Positions 37,847 through 50,480 of a DNA stretch of 64,000 bases are shown here, one piece after another. The DNA is from Microbotryum violaceum (taxonomy: Eukaryota). Positions within the stretch are counted from its first letter, which is position 1; each line of letters starts with the position of its first letter. The notes under the pieces are model-generated. The model saw only the letters and a list, made by a program, of their open reading frames with translations. It had not been told where the DNA came from and made no database searches. The stretch is taken from contig CDLV01000014.1 of assembly GCA_001244265.2 (NCBI GenBank), forward strand, positions 124,001-188,000, given 5' to 3'. The position numbers were made by a program, and so were the translations under genes.

Positions 37847-38761
37847 AGAAAAGGTTAGGGATGGGATCCTTTTTGTAGAGAGGGTTGGGGTGGGGTTCGT
37901 AAGGTTCGTGTTGGTTCGTCTACACTTCAATCGTATACATAGTGCTGCTTGAATCTCAAGGTTCCCCCTATCAGGGATCCTTAGATCGCTCATCCGGCGT
38001 GAGGAGACTTCGAGCTGGAAAGTCTAGAGTGCATTTTCCCCCCGAAGATCGAGGTGGTCCCGGAGTTGTACTGTTAGCGAGAGCCCGAGCTATTGGGCGG
38101 CGTACGGGGAACAAAGATAATCCCCACACGTACCAGCAGCGTATCGATCAGGTGATGTGTAGAAGCTTGCACTTAGCATTTAGCTTGGTGGTTCGTCAGA
38201 GTTGGAGTGTCCCTAAGTTCCCGTCTTCTCTGTCAAAACCTCCATGCTTCGGAGCGCAACGAAAGCACCGAATCGAGCGTCTGCTCGATCAGAATCATAC
38301 CACCAAGCAGTTTTGTAGGCATCAAATATACCCTAAATGACAGTAGAAGAAAGCACAGAAGAAGAAGAAGTAAAAGATTGACACAGAGAAGGAAATCGAA
38401 ACGAGAGACCGGAACTAATAGCCAAAAGACAGTTTGAAGCGTGCGATAGAGGGTAGAGTAGAGAGTAATAATACTGAAGTGTGCACCATGGGGCACAAAA
38501 TGAATGAATGAATGGAGAAAGGGTTCGTGGCGTGAAGGAAGCGATGTCGGCAATCCATAAGATGAGCGAGTGAGGGAGGCCGGCACGTGTCAGTGACGGG
38601 ACGTTGGATGTGGCGTAAGTGCATGTAAAATAAGTCTAAAAAGCTGTGATGATTGGAGATACAGAGGGAAAGAAACCGGTGGTACGAGAAGGTGAGAGAG
38701 ATGAACGACAAAGGGACGACAGAGACAAGTTGCGAAACGAGGGGTCGGACAGGAGCAAAGA

Positions 38762-41700
38762 TCACTCTTGTCCGAACCCTAGTGTGTTCTCAACGGCAAA
38801 GGCGAGTTTTTGTTCGAGTACTTCGAAGCTCGGGTACGCCGGTAAATCCAGTCGGTTGAAGCAAGTGTGACTCTTGGGCAACTGCGTCACCTCGCCACTC
38901 TTCTCCAACGTGAACCTCCTCGGGCCGTCCGAGCCTTGCAAATCCTTGAACCCGTTGACCGGGATCCTCGAAGTCCCTGTTGTGAACTGCAACAAGCGCG
39001 ACTTCTTTTCGGCCGGCCACTCCTTGACGGCCTTCCAAAACCACTGCACGACCTCGTCGGCCTGCGTATACCCGCGATAGTCGGTGTGCTTCATCCAGTC
39101 GTCGACGTCGATCTCGGACATGCCGCCAATGAGGAGCTCCAACTCGCGCTCGTCAAAGACGTTGATCAACTCTTGCGGGATCAACTCGTTAAAGCCAGAC
39201 AAGAAAGCCTTGAACTGGTCCTCGACACGCTTCTGGATCCTCCACTCCGTCACGAGCTGTACGTACTCCTTCTTGTTGTCGTTCGTCACCGCCACGTCCA
39301 ATCCTCCTGGCTTCAAGTCAATCGTGACCGTCTCACCGAACCGATCATCCTCGGCAGAGAAGGTGTTGTCCAACACGTCAGTGATGTCATTCTCGAGCAT
39401 CCAGGTCAGCGAGCGGAACATTTCAGCGTCGACGGATTCCATGTCCTGCAGCGTGATCTTCTTCTTGAGCACCATCTTGTACAACGCCGTGATGAAGTAG
39501 GCATCGAGGAAACGACGGTGGAAGACGGCCAAGGAAAGTACCCGACCAATGAACTTGAAGTAAGTGAGGTGCTCGGGGTTGATCGACGAGTTGGGGTTGA
39601 TCTGCAGCGTGTAGTTGTCGTGCGCCGAGTACTCGAACAGGCAGTAGAAGGGGTTAAACATCTCGTGCGAGAGCAGGAAGAAGAATTCACGCGACAGTCC
39701 ACCGTAATCCAAACCGTCCTCGCCGTCGAACTTGATCATTAAGCGCTTCTTGAGGTCGTTGGGCGTCTGGCGCATGATCTCGGCGTACGAGTCCTCAAAG
39801 ATGTGACTACGTCGCACCTTGACGTGGCACTGGCCGGGCGAGGGCCTCAGCGCGGGTTGCGAACGGAAGTAAATCAACTTGCGTCGGAAATCACGCTTGT
39901 ACTGCGGGACGTTCTGATCCAACGAACTCGGCAAGCGCGGGTCGTCCCATGTCGTCGTCTTGGTGTTATGGTCGACGAAGTACACGCGGGCCGTACTCGT
40001 AAGACGCATCTCCCATCCGGACGGCAACGGGCCGAGTTGTGAGACCGATTGCGGCTGCACGGTGAGGTTGTTGCCGTTCGGGCCCATGACACGAAGCAAC
40101 TGCTGCCGTCGCGGGTCGACCCAGGTCGTCGTGCGCGTGTTGTGATCGACAAAGTATGGTCGACCTTCGGGCGTAAATCGTTGTTCCCATCCAGCAGGGA
40201 GAGGGCCCTGTCCAGCCGTAGTCGAGGAAGAAGTCGCACCACCCGCACCGCCCGTCGGGGTCGACGGGGAGACGGCGCTCGTAACCGTGCTCGCCGTCGT
40301 ACCCGTCGTCATTGTGGGTACGCTCGAGGTCGTGCTGCCGACATTTGAGGCGCCTTCGGCCGCTCCCAAAAACTCATCCGCCGTTGTACGACTTCTACCC
40401 GCGGACCCATCGCCACCAGCTGACGCCGCAGGACCCGTCACATTGGTGCCCGCGGTAGGGGGCTTGGGTCGAGTCCACGTCGTCGTGCGCGTCGTATGGT
40501 CGACGTAGTACGTTCGGCCAAGATGATCGACTCGTCGCTCCCATCCGATCGGCAAGGGGCCGTGCTGATCCTCGCGAGCATTAAAATCGCGGTTGTTCGT
40601 GGAAGAGCCTCCGGCGCCTGAACTCGAGCCCGCTGTGCTCAACGAAGCACCGCCGGAAGGATTAGCCGAAGCCGTGCTCGGCACAGGCTGCGCCGAAGGG
40701 GTCGAAATGTTGGGAGGGTCGCTCGAAGGTGTCGCGGCGGCCGAAGCGGTCCCAGTTGGGGTCGTCGAACCAGCCGCGGTCGGGGATGGCAGCGAAGCCG
40801 AAGAGGCGTTGTTGCTTCCGGTGTTGATCGAAGGGCGCGCAGCGGCGGCCGGAGTGCGGATTGCGGAGGTGACGTTGGTGGTCAAGTGGACGATCAGTTT
40901 GCCGTGGACGGCGAGTTGGTCGTTGGATCGTTTCAACTCGCGCGTGAAGGTGTCTGGGAGAGAGCCGTGGACTCGGTCGGGTCAGTTTGGTTTCGTTCGC
41001 CGAGACGCCGATCGATTCCTTTAACGAACCTTCGCCGCCGAGGTCCAGATCAATCGCCTGAGATACGGGCAAGTTGATGACGCCAAGGAAGCCCTGATCC
41101 TTTTTCTTGAACTTTTTCTGATCAAAGATTTGCACGGTTAAGACGCTGCCATCCTTGACGAGGACGTCGAACGACTCGTTCCAGTCTGTCGGCAACGGGA
41201 GATGTGATAGGGGTGACAGTCAGCCGATGATCGCCTGCATCCGTGCTAGTCGGCGACCTGAGACATACAAGGATTCAGCGTTTTCTATAAAGGTGCGAAT
41301 GGTAGAGAGTTAGTCAAGAAGTTGGGTATGATGTGTACCATCATCACAGCGAGTGGAACGAACCTTGATCGCCGAAGTGGTGTTCGTCTGTTCGCCATCG
41401 ACGGTGACTACGGCGAAAGGGTCGGGCAATCTGAACACGTCTCGCTTGGCCAACGAGTCCGCTGCGACGACTACAGGAGATAGAATAACACCCGGTGGTC
41501 AGCAACATGGACTCAGGACGTGCCTGATTTGTGTCTGAAGTGTCAGAGTCGGCGACAGACGGGATCGACGGAGTGGTGCGCGCGTGGGCGTACGTCGATC
41601 GTCGGATCGTCGACCGGCACGGAAAGATCACTTTGGAATGCGCGTCAGGGCGCTCAGTCCGCTTTGAGCTAGGGGACTCGAGGCTCCACCGCGGCCCGGA

Positions 41701-42325
41701 GACGAGACCGAGTCGATCATGACGGCAGTAGTGCCATCACGGTACAGAATAAACCGAAGATGCGGTCAATGACGAGATAGATGGCTAGGCCCTTGTGATG
41801 AGCCTGGGTCGGGGGGTCGAGTCGTGGTCGAAGGGCCGCACGCGCTCGCTGACGCCTATTGAATGGCCACCACGGGGTGCGCTGACTCGCTGTATTCGCC
41901 AACTCGCGCGGGGCGCATCGCCTCATCAGAGCTTCGACGCCGACAAAGAGCGACCGAGCGACCGAGCGCGAGTGCCGAACCCAGACACGCCCTGACAACC
42001 CACTACCGAGCAACGGTCACTTACCCGTCACCCTGATCTTGCGAGTCTGTAGTGCATGGGTAAGATCAGGCCAGGTAGGTTAGCGAACAAGTTACGATTG
42101 CAATCGAGTCACGGGTGCACCCAAGGGGGGGAACAGCTCAGCGAGGGTGAGCCAGCGGTCGTGTGCGGGCGGGCGGCATGTCAGTGCTGGATCGTGGTGG
42201 TGGCACGACGACCACAACGAGCAGCACAACCACGCCGTCGCTCGACGCTGATTCGACGCACGAAGATGAGACAAGATCACCGGACTGACCCTGTTGGCAT
42301 CGGGGACTGCGGCACCACTCGACAT
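38762..42325 (-). CDS. RSP5: NEDD4-family HECT E3 ubiquitin ligase (C2, 3xWW, HECT)
   Basis: [47 protein letters not shown] (C2 domain), three WW domains (GPLPxGWE...YxVDHxTxTTTW), and a HECT domain ending [14 protein letters not shown]...TLGFGQE*. Confidence 0.97.
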
Positions 42326-43026
42326 GGTGCGAGCTGACTCGAGGGCGGGGGTGGAATGAACGGACCGAACACGAGCTGCACGCCTCGGTCAGCGCGAGGA
42401 GCAGTCACGGCAGCTCAGGGCAGCTCGCATGGTAAGCGCCACGCGCGCGCATCAGCTTACAAACCCCGTATCTATCATGATGCCTTAACCGCGCCCGTCT
42501 TATTAGGGACTGGCGCTAATGGCGAGGTCGGGCCAAAAGGTGTCTCCACCACAAGTGCGTGTCAGAGCCCACGCGCCACTCTCCCGACCACACCCTCTCG
42601 TACGACGCTTGCTTGCTCCTCCGTTCAAAGGCCACACCGCGCCCTGCCTCCTCGCAGTACATAATCACGGCTTGTAAGGTGCTGCATTCCTCCCCTTTTT
42701 GGGAGGTCTGGCCAGGGCTTCCGAGTCTCACACTGAACGCCTGCTGGTCAACGCTCGCGGCCCGTCTCGCGAGTCACCGCCCGTCGACCGGCAAGCAAGC
42801 ACCGTCGCGTACAATACGCTAGGCCAGCGCAGCCCACGGATATTATCCGCACGGTGGTATCGATCGTCGAGGTGCAGTCCAGCTGTTTCGATTAGGACTT
42901 TGTCGCCCGCGTTGTGGTGTGGCCTGGTGTGTCCCGCGGAAGGCGACCGGGCGTCAAGCTGGCCTTAGCATAAGCTGGCCTTAGCTTACCCCAACCCAGC
43001 GACCCCACCCGTGAGAATTCGTCACG

Positions 43027-45487
43027 ATGTCGCCCTACTCCAGCGTTCTACAGCCCAACCCGACGAGCGCCCGTGCTTCGGCTGCTCCACCTCACATCCA
43101 CGAATACGAACACGACCAAGTGCTTGGCATCGACGCGTGCATCCACTGCGGCGACGTCGCCGAGTCATCCAATTCGACCCAGCTGCACACGCTCGGACGA
43201 ACGGCCGAGAATGAACTCGTCGAAACCGGGCGACGGTATCTCGCCAAGACCACGGGATACGTTGGCGATAAACCCATGCTGAAAGGCCAGAAGGTGAAGG
43301 GTTTGGGTGCGGACCAGAGCGCCTACCACGAAAAGAAGATGGTAAGAGTCCTCTTCGTACTTTTTGCCTTGGCACCTGTGAGACGATTCTGATCAACCTT
43401 TTCGCTGCCCACAGAACGACACCAAGCACTTTATCCGGACCGTCTTGTCACACTTTGAGATGTTTGGTCTTTACCCCCGGGTCAAGAGCCTCTTCACTCA
43501 GGCCAAACAGCTCAAAAAATTCCAATGGGGCCGAAAGGCTAGGCTCATCGCGGTGGCGTGCATCTACATCGCCGCCAGGGAAGTCAAACGCTCGCTGAGA
43601 CTCATCGATTTATGTGTAAGCCTTTTCGAGCACCCTCCTCGTCCTTCTTATTCGACGTGGTTGCTGAACTCCCACGCATCTTTGTGACGTCAGCACATAC
43701 TCGACGTAGATTACCACCAGTTGACGCGTTTGCAAAACAACCTCAAAACATGGCTCAACCTCAAAATCTCGACGCACGAGCCCCTCATCTTTCTCGAAGC
43801 CCACCTCGTCCACCTCTCCACTCTAGTCCAAACCTCCAAAACCTCGATCGAACTTCCACAAAACCTTTCCGGCGGTCGATGGAATCTTTCGACGCTCCAT
43901 CACCTCCGTCAAGTCGATTGGATCAAAGTTCGTTCCCTCGCGACGGGTCTACTCGACTTTCTCACCGATCTGGAACTGGCCACCCATCGCTCGCCTGAAC
44001 ACGTCGCCTGTGCGATCGTCATCATCGCGATCGAAGGTTCTTTACGTACGAGACTAAAGTGCTCAAAGGAGATCATCACCGATCTGACGAAACGAGTCGA
44101 CATCCGGGACAGGGTCGTACTGGCTAGGGTCAGGGAGATCTATATGGCTTTGACGGATTATGCGAAGAGGTTACCTTGGCAGGTCGATTTGGGGGAGGGG
44201 AAAGTTGGTGATGTCGTGCCGTTCGTGGAGGACGTCGTCAAGTATCGCAAGAAGTTGATGGATCAGGAACCCAAGGCCGTGTTGGAGGACTATGAGGGCG
44301 ATTCCTCTGACGACGACGACGCCGCCAGTGGTGTAGGCTTCGAAGAGCCACCTACGCAAGTCGAGGAAAAGGAAGAAGATTCTGATCTAAACGATCTAGC
44401 ACCGGACCCACTGGCCTCACCACACCCCAAAGCCTCTCAGAAGCGTCGTCTCTCCTCAATGTCGGATCTTCACTCGCGCACCCAAGGTTCAGTCACTCCC
44501 ACCCCGCCGGATCTCAACACGACCAAAACCCACACACGTCGATACCTTCCACCACATGCACAAACCCCTCGCGCGCCTTCAAAGAAACAACTACACACCC
44601 TTGAAGCAACTACGCAATCCCTCGCTCGATCTTTATCAACCACGACGTCAAGTACACCCCCTAAACCCTCAACATCATCGGCCCCTTCTTTCGTCCGTAC
44701 GGCGAACTCAACACCCCAAATTAATCCGCATTCGCGCTCTTACGCACCTCACCATAGCGCTTCGATTAGACTACGTCACCTCATCCTCTCCTCTTCCGAA
44801 TCGATGGTTCACTCCCCCGCGACACAAAGGATGATTCAACAATTCCTCCTCTCCCCAGCTTGGTTCCAAGACCTACCCCCTTCACTCGATCAAGATCGTG
44901 ATACGCACTCTGACGGGTCCGGGTCGGATGGAGTTGGGGAGGAGGATCGAACGACGAGGTTGGACAAGTTGTTGTGGGAAAAGGAGGAGAGGGATATTGA
45001 GGATGACGAGTTGTTCGAAGAAGGGGAGTTGGAGGCGTTTTTGAGAGGGAGGGAAGAGGTGGAGAGAATGAGGAATTCGAAATGGTTCAAGGAGATGCCG
45101 GAGCAGAAGAAAGTGCGGACTAGTGATGCGGATGGGGAAGCTGACGGTGACGGTGATGGTGAGGGAGAGGATAACGAGGGTCTTGAGTCGATGATGAGAG
45201 GAGAAAGACGAAAGACGCCGAGCAAGAGACGGAAACTTCGTTCCGACGTCGAAACGCCTTTCGAATTGCACGAGACGGAGAGTGACTTTTTCACGATGAG
45301 GAACAAGAAAAAGAGCAAACTGGACTTGGTCGACCAAACTGTTTTGGAGAGGTTGCTCGATGATGAAGAGGATGGGGAAGGGAGTGAGGATGGGGAGGAC
45401 GGGGAGGACGGTGCGGGAGGGGAGGAGGGATACGGCTCGGTCGAACGGGCATTGATGTGGGAGAAGGCAGTGGGAAACGTTCGATAG
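43027..45487 (+). CDS. TFIIB-related factor (Brf family), divergent
   Basis: N-terminal ACIHCGDV zinc-ribbon half, cyclin-fold motifs WGRKARLIAVACIYIAARE...LIDL and HRSPEHVACAIVIIAIEG, and a late acidic DDELFEEGELEAFLRGREEVE segment. Exons 43027-43341, 43415-43615, 43694-45487. Confidence 0.8.
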
Positions 45488-45627
45488 AGGTATGGACATG
45501 CATCAAGGTGGCAATGGGGTTGCGCAAGTCTGACATGTTGTAATAATCCAAAACATCCGTAGTAAACATCGTCATGTATTGCAAAGTTAGATTGTGTCGT
45601 TACTAATCCGTGCACCCAATTCATACG

Positions 45628-48256
45628 CTAGGGCAGCGCGAGGCGAAGCTGACGGATCTCTTCCTGCAACTCGGTTAGACTCATTTGCAGGGACGCGGCA
45701 TCCTCAAATTGACGCTTAGCGTTCGCATCCTCGACGTAGGTCCGTACGAGAGCTTCTTGTCTGTTCAAAGAGCGGGCGGAAGCCTGTCTCGTCAGAAAGA
45801 AAAAAAAGGCGCCTAAACGCAACCCCGCGTCTCAAGCAAATAGGTGACTCACTCCAACAAAACCTTCAACTTCTCCGACACTTCCAACTCCCCCACCTCA
45901 ACTTTCTCACTCATCAACCGATCGGCTCCCTTGACCGCCGCATCACCCAACAAGCCCGCCAAGGTCTTGACCCCCGAGCTCGCAGCTTTGGCTTTGACTT
46001 TCCTAGCTTTACTGCCGTCCAGATCATCCAGATCACCGAGGCTTCGCAAGAGTCCCAGTTTTCCTTGAAGGAAGAGGGTCGCTCGGGACGCGATCGCTTG
46101 TTGGAGACGATCTTGGGATCCACCTGGTAGAGCGGCTTCGGTGAGTAAAGGGAGGTCACGGATCCGTTTCGCGATCGTGTCGTAGGAGGCCAAGTCGGTG
46201 AGCAGCCGTTTGCGCAAATCCAAAACCGAGGTCGCGGCGAGCACTGAGCGGGTCGAAGAGTTCCTATTGGTCCGAATAAAGTATGAGCATTCTTCGTCAA
46301 AGCTCGTCAGAGTGAATTGTACAAAAACTGACTGTAAGCCCAGCGCCAACTCCTGGAACTCGGGCAAGACTTTCTCGATCTCTTGCTCGAGCTGAACCAA
46401 GACCTCGTAGAGCTTGAGCCATGTCGGCGTACGTACGGGCAATGTCTTCAACTGCTGACGTCTGATAAACCCCCAAACCAATACATGTCATAAATGTGAA
46501 ACAAGCCTCCGGCGATGCTGACCTCATGGACTCACAGAACCGTATTCAAGCAGTCCCGACAGACACGAACCTTCTTCCTCTCATCCTTCTCCTTGGGAGG
46601 GGGTGGTGCCCCACCCGTCAACTCAGGCACGACCGCACCGAAACTAAGATCCGTTTCGACAGGCTCGATCTCAACGACGACACCGATAGTTATCTTCTCG
46701 CCCCCGACGAGGAAAGGCTGTTGTTCGTAGGTGAGAAAGGTCGAGCAACGCTCGCGCCGGATGGGAGTTGTGGATGGGGCTGAAGGAATCGCGAGGGTGG
46801 GGTCTAGACTGGGGTCCGAGGAGACGAATATGGGCTTGATCGGTGTAGCCGGTAGGAAGCAGACGACTCGTCCGCAGAGACGACAGTGATGTCGACGAGT
46901 TTTGATACCGAACGCGGCCCTATTGGAAATCGATTGTGGTCAGCTTGAGAGGCATGGAAGCTAGCTGGGTCTGGGGCTGACCGGACTCACATGCAGATCG
47001 GGCAAAATTTGGCTTCAGCATCCTCTTGCCATTTAACAATCGCTTGTTCCGCTGGTGCAACGATCACGATCGAAGTGTCAGCACATAAGGGACATCGGGA
47101 AGGATCATACCCTTTCAGAGTGCTCACCTCGTTCGATCTCGCCTCGTGCGCCGGCGACACTGGTCCAAATTTCCTTGGCACTCTTGCCTCGAAGCGAAGA
47201 GAGTGTAGCAAAGGTCGATGTCGCGCGTGAGAACGGTTTGGGTGCGGCCAAGGAACCATTCTGATCCTCCTTGTCCGTCGAGGTGGGAAAATGGAGCGCC
47301 ACGAGCTGCAACACCCGAGACTTTGGTCAGCCAGTCATTCCTGGGTTTCCCCCGCCTAAGCCCACGCGGCTCACTTTTTCCAACCTCCTGGCCAACCTTC
47401 CTTCGTCCAACTTGTTACGTTCACCTCGCTTGTTGCGAATGTTGACGAACTGCTCGGTGCGATCTCGCCTGACGCCTTGGGCTTGGAACGTGGGGTGGTA
47501 CGTAGGCTGGTACGCCGCTCTGGCGCTCCCATTCGCCGCATGCAGTTGTTGCTGCTGTTGTACGACGACTCTCTGGCGCAGTGCACCGCCTCCTGCTGTG
47601 GTCGAGGGCGGTTGGGAGGGGGATTGAACGCGAAGAGGGGAGGACGGAGCTCGGAATGTGTTGGCCGAGAGCGGACGTTCTGGCGAGCGATTGCGCGAGG
47701 ACAGACCGCTCGTGGGCGCCGAAACGGACGAAGCCGATCGCGTGTTAAAGACGGAAGGTCCGGAAGAGCCGGATACACCGGGTAAGCCACTACCACCACG
47801 CACACTGTGACCAGGGCCACTCGGCCAAGCCGCGGACGAAGACGACACGCCGGACGATGCCGAGTTGAGCGGCGGGGGCGAGCTCGGCATACGGCGATGC
47901 TGATGCGGGTGAGGCTGCTGCGAGGTATCGACAATGGGTGAAGGTCGAAAGGGCCTCGGGGAGGAAAGCAGATACGAGGCCGAGGCCGATGTCGACGTTG
48001 AAGGGGAGGCTGAGGCTGAGGCTGAGGCTGAGGCTGAGGCTGAGGCTGAGGCTGAGGCTGCGACGGGGGCGGATGACGACGAGAACGACGACGACGACGA
48101 CGACGACGACGAGGCAAATACACCTGCTCCGCCACCCAGCTGACGATGAGGTACACCACCACCTCCAGTACCCGACAGGGACCCAATCGAGGCAGTCGAG
48201 TTGCGCTTGGACTGGTATGGCACATAGGTCGTGCCTGAATTGCTCGGGCTGCTCAT
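45628..48256 (-). CDS. PEP7: Vacuolar segregation protein Pep7/Vac1 (Rabenosyn-5-like FYVE protein)
   Basis: QAQGVRRDRT...RLARRLEK, EQAIVKWQEDAEAKFCPIC, RRHHCRLCGRVVC and RVCRDC (FYVE), with a C-terminal YVEDANAKRQFEDAASLQMSLTELQEEI Rab-binding helix. Confidence 0.9.
48006..48111. repeat. Coding microsatellites (GAGGCT)9 and (GAC)n
   Basis: Read directly; they encode (SA)n and poly-Ser in the PEP7 N-terminus. Confidence 0.95.
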
Positions 48257-48989
48257 CCTTGGCCCAGGCGCAGCGAGGCAGCCGGAGCCAGAGAAGAGAG
48301 CACAACAGAGCTGCGCAGAGGAGCGCAGAGGAGCGATCGGATCCGCAACTTCCGACCGCGACGCTCCGACATGATCCAACCAGCCACAACAGCTGTTGCT
48401 TGATTCTGTTCATCGGCATACAGACCTGGATTCTACATCGAGACCTGTTGATTCCGCACTGTGATCTGAATGGCAAATGTCGAGTCCAAGTCTGGGACAA
48501 ATTCTTCCGACTTCTCCATCATCGCCCGCGCGGGTGCGGGCGCCTGCGTGTCTCGCCCAACGTAGGTAAGGTCTGCAGTCAAAATCGAAATTCAGGCTTA
48601 TTCTTATTTGGCGGAGGAAACGCGTAAGCAAAATCACGTAAGAAAAAGCGCTCTACTGCTTGCGCTGAACTTGGTCCCCTTCCGAATCATCTCTCCTTCC
48701 TGCCACGCTTTTTCACCTTTCAAAACCTCCCCTCACCCTACAAGATACACACCACGATCCACACGGGTACGTTTCGTCCGTACAAGATCATCATGGGACT
48801 AACGTAAGAAGAGCTGCACGGTGAATCTCAGTTCCAGCGGACATCGCCGCCGCGCTCGACCCGATGCGGGGCCCCACCCTTCATCTCCGGCGGCCGGTAA
48901 CGAGGAGAAACTTACAAACCCGGTCGCTCGAGCCAGATAGGTGCCAGAACGTCTCATCTGGTATTACCCTCAACCTCTTGTAGAGTTGC

Positions 48990-49731
48990 TTCGTGACTGA
49001 TCCAGGCGTGTGGCCCTCCTACCCCTGCCCGCCCTTGATCCCGCCAGGTGACGACGACTGGTTGGGGAAATTCGTCGTCAACTACACCATCGCGGACATC
49101 ATCCAGCTTGGCTTGCCCGCTCAAATCCAGAGCTACTCTCGAGACTATAGGAACTCATTCCGTCGGATTGTTTGACAATGGCAATCCATCCATCCGCTAC
49201 GGGAACGACCCTGGACAAGTACTATTGCCTCGAGGCTTGGCTGGTGCGGATCTCGGGATGGCCGTACGCGACCCCTCGAGGCACTCCGTCGATACATCAT
49301 TAAGCATCCGGAGACAATCTGGTTCCTTCCGATCTGTGATGAGCCCACTGATTCCTCGCTCGTCTCGACGTCGCCAACAACAAATGGGAACTTTTCAATT
49401 CGATGGCCTCGCGAGTAGCTCGACGAAAGGGTTTTGGCTGCGCTCGGCGACCTCTTCTGATTGCTCGGCCTGAAGCTCGACGCCAACAAGCCGATCACGC
49501 CTTCGACCCCACAGCAGCGCGACAACTCATCCTGTGGTCCTGCGATCATCAACATTGTCGAGAAGGAGCTTCTGGGTACGGCGGCCTTTGATCCCGGGTG
49601 CCCTAAAATGTCCCGAGTCCGGCAGTTCCAGAGGCTACTCTTCGACTTCCCCAGTTGAGCACAAAACTTGACCGACACATCCACTGTTGACAACACTGCG
49701 AACGAGGTTACGGCACCCACTGGAGTGGCGG
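48990..49731 (+). pseudogene. Ulp1/SENP-like (peptidase C48) relic, left arm
   Basis: DDWLGKFVVNYTI, then H* (CAC TGA at 49346-49351 where HW is expected), WELFNS and TPQQRDNSSCGPAIINIVE; several frameshifts. Confidence 0.7.
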
Positions 49732-49763
49732 GCGAGCCGCTGACCAGTGAGATGAGTTGTCAT

Positions 49764-50480
49764 CCGCCACTCCAGTGGGTGCCCGTAGCCTTGTTCGCAG
49801 TGTTGCCTACAGTGGATGTGAGGGTAAAGGTTTGTGCTCGACTGGGGGAAGTCACGGAGGAGGCTCTGAAACTGCCGAAGTCGCAATATTTTAGGGCGCC
49901 CGGGATCAAGGTCGCCGTACCCAGGAGCTCGTTCTCGACAATGTTGATAATCGCAGGACCACAGGATGAACTGTCGCGCTGCTGTGGGGTCGAAGGCGTG
50001 ATCGGTTTTGTTGGCGTCGAGCTTCAGGCCGAGCAGTCGGAAGAGGTCGCCGAGCGCAGCCAAAACCCTTTCATCGGAGGCCATCGAATTGAACAGTTCC
50101 CAGTTGTTGTTGGCGACGTGCGACCGAGGAACCAATGGGAATCATCACAAATCGAAAGAAACCAGATTGTCTCTGGCTGCTTGATGATATTTCGACGGAG
50201 TGCCCCGAGGGTCGGGCACGGATCCGCACCAGCCAAGCCTCGAGGCAATACTTGTCCAGGGTCGTTCCCGGAGCGAGCGGATGGATCAACATTGTTAAAC
50301 AATCCGAGGAAATGAGTTCGCATAGTCTCGAAGATGGCTTTGAATTTGCGTGAGCAAGCTGGGTAATGTCCGCGATGGTGTAGTCGACGACGTGTTTCCC
50401 CAACCAGTCGTCACCTGACGGGACGGGACCAAGGGCGGGCAGGGGTCGGAGGGCCACACGCCTGGATCAGTCACGAAGCA
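49764..50480 (-). pseudogene. Ulp1/SENP-like (peptidase C48) relic, right arm
   Basis: DDWLGKHVVDYTI, WFLSICDDSHWFL, WELFNSMA and PQQRDSSSCGPAII lie in shifting frames. The order W, HW, NS, Q..SSCG matches the C48 catalytic layout. Confidence 0.72.
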
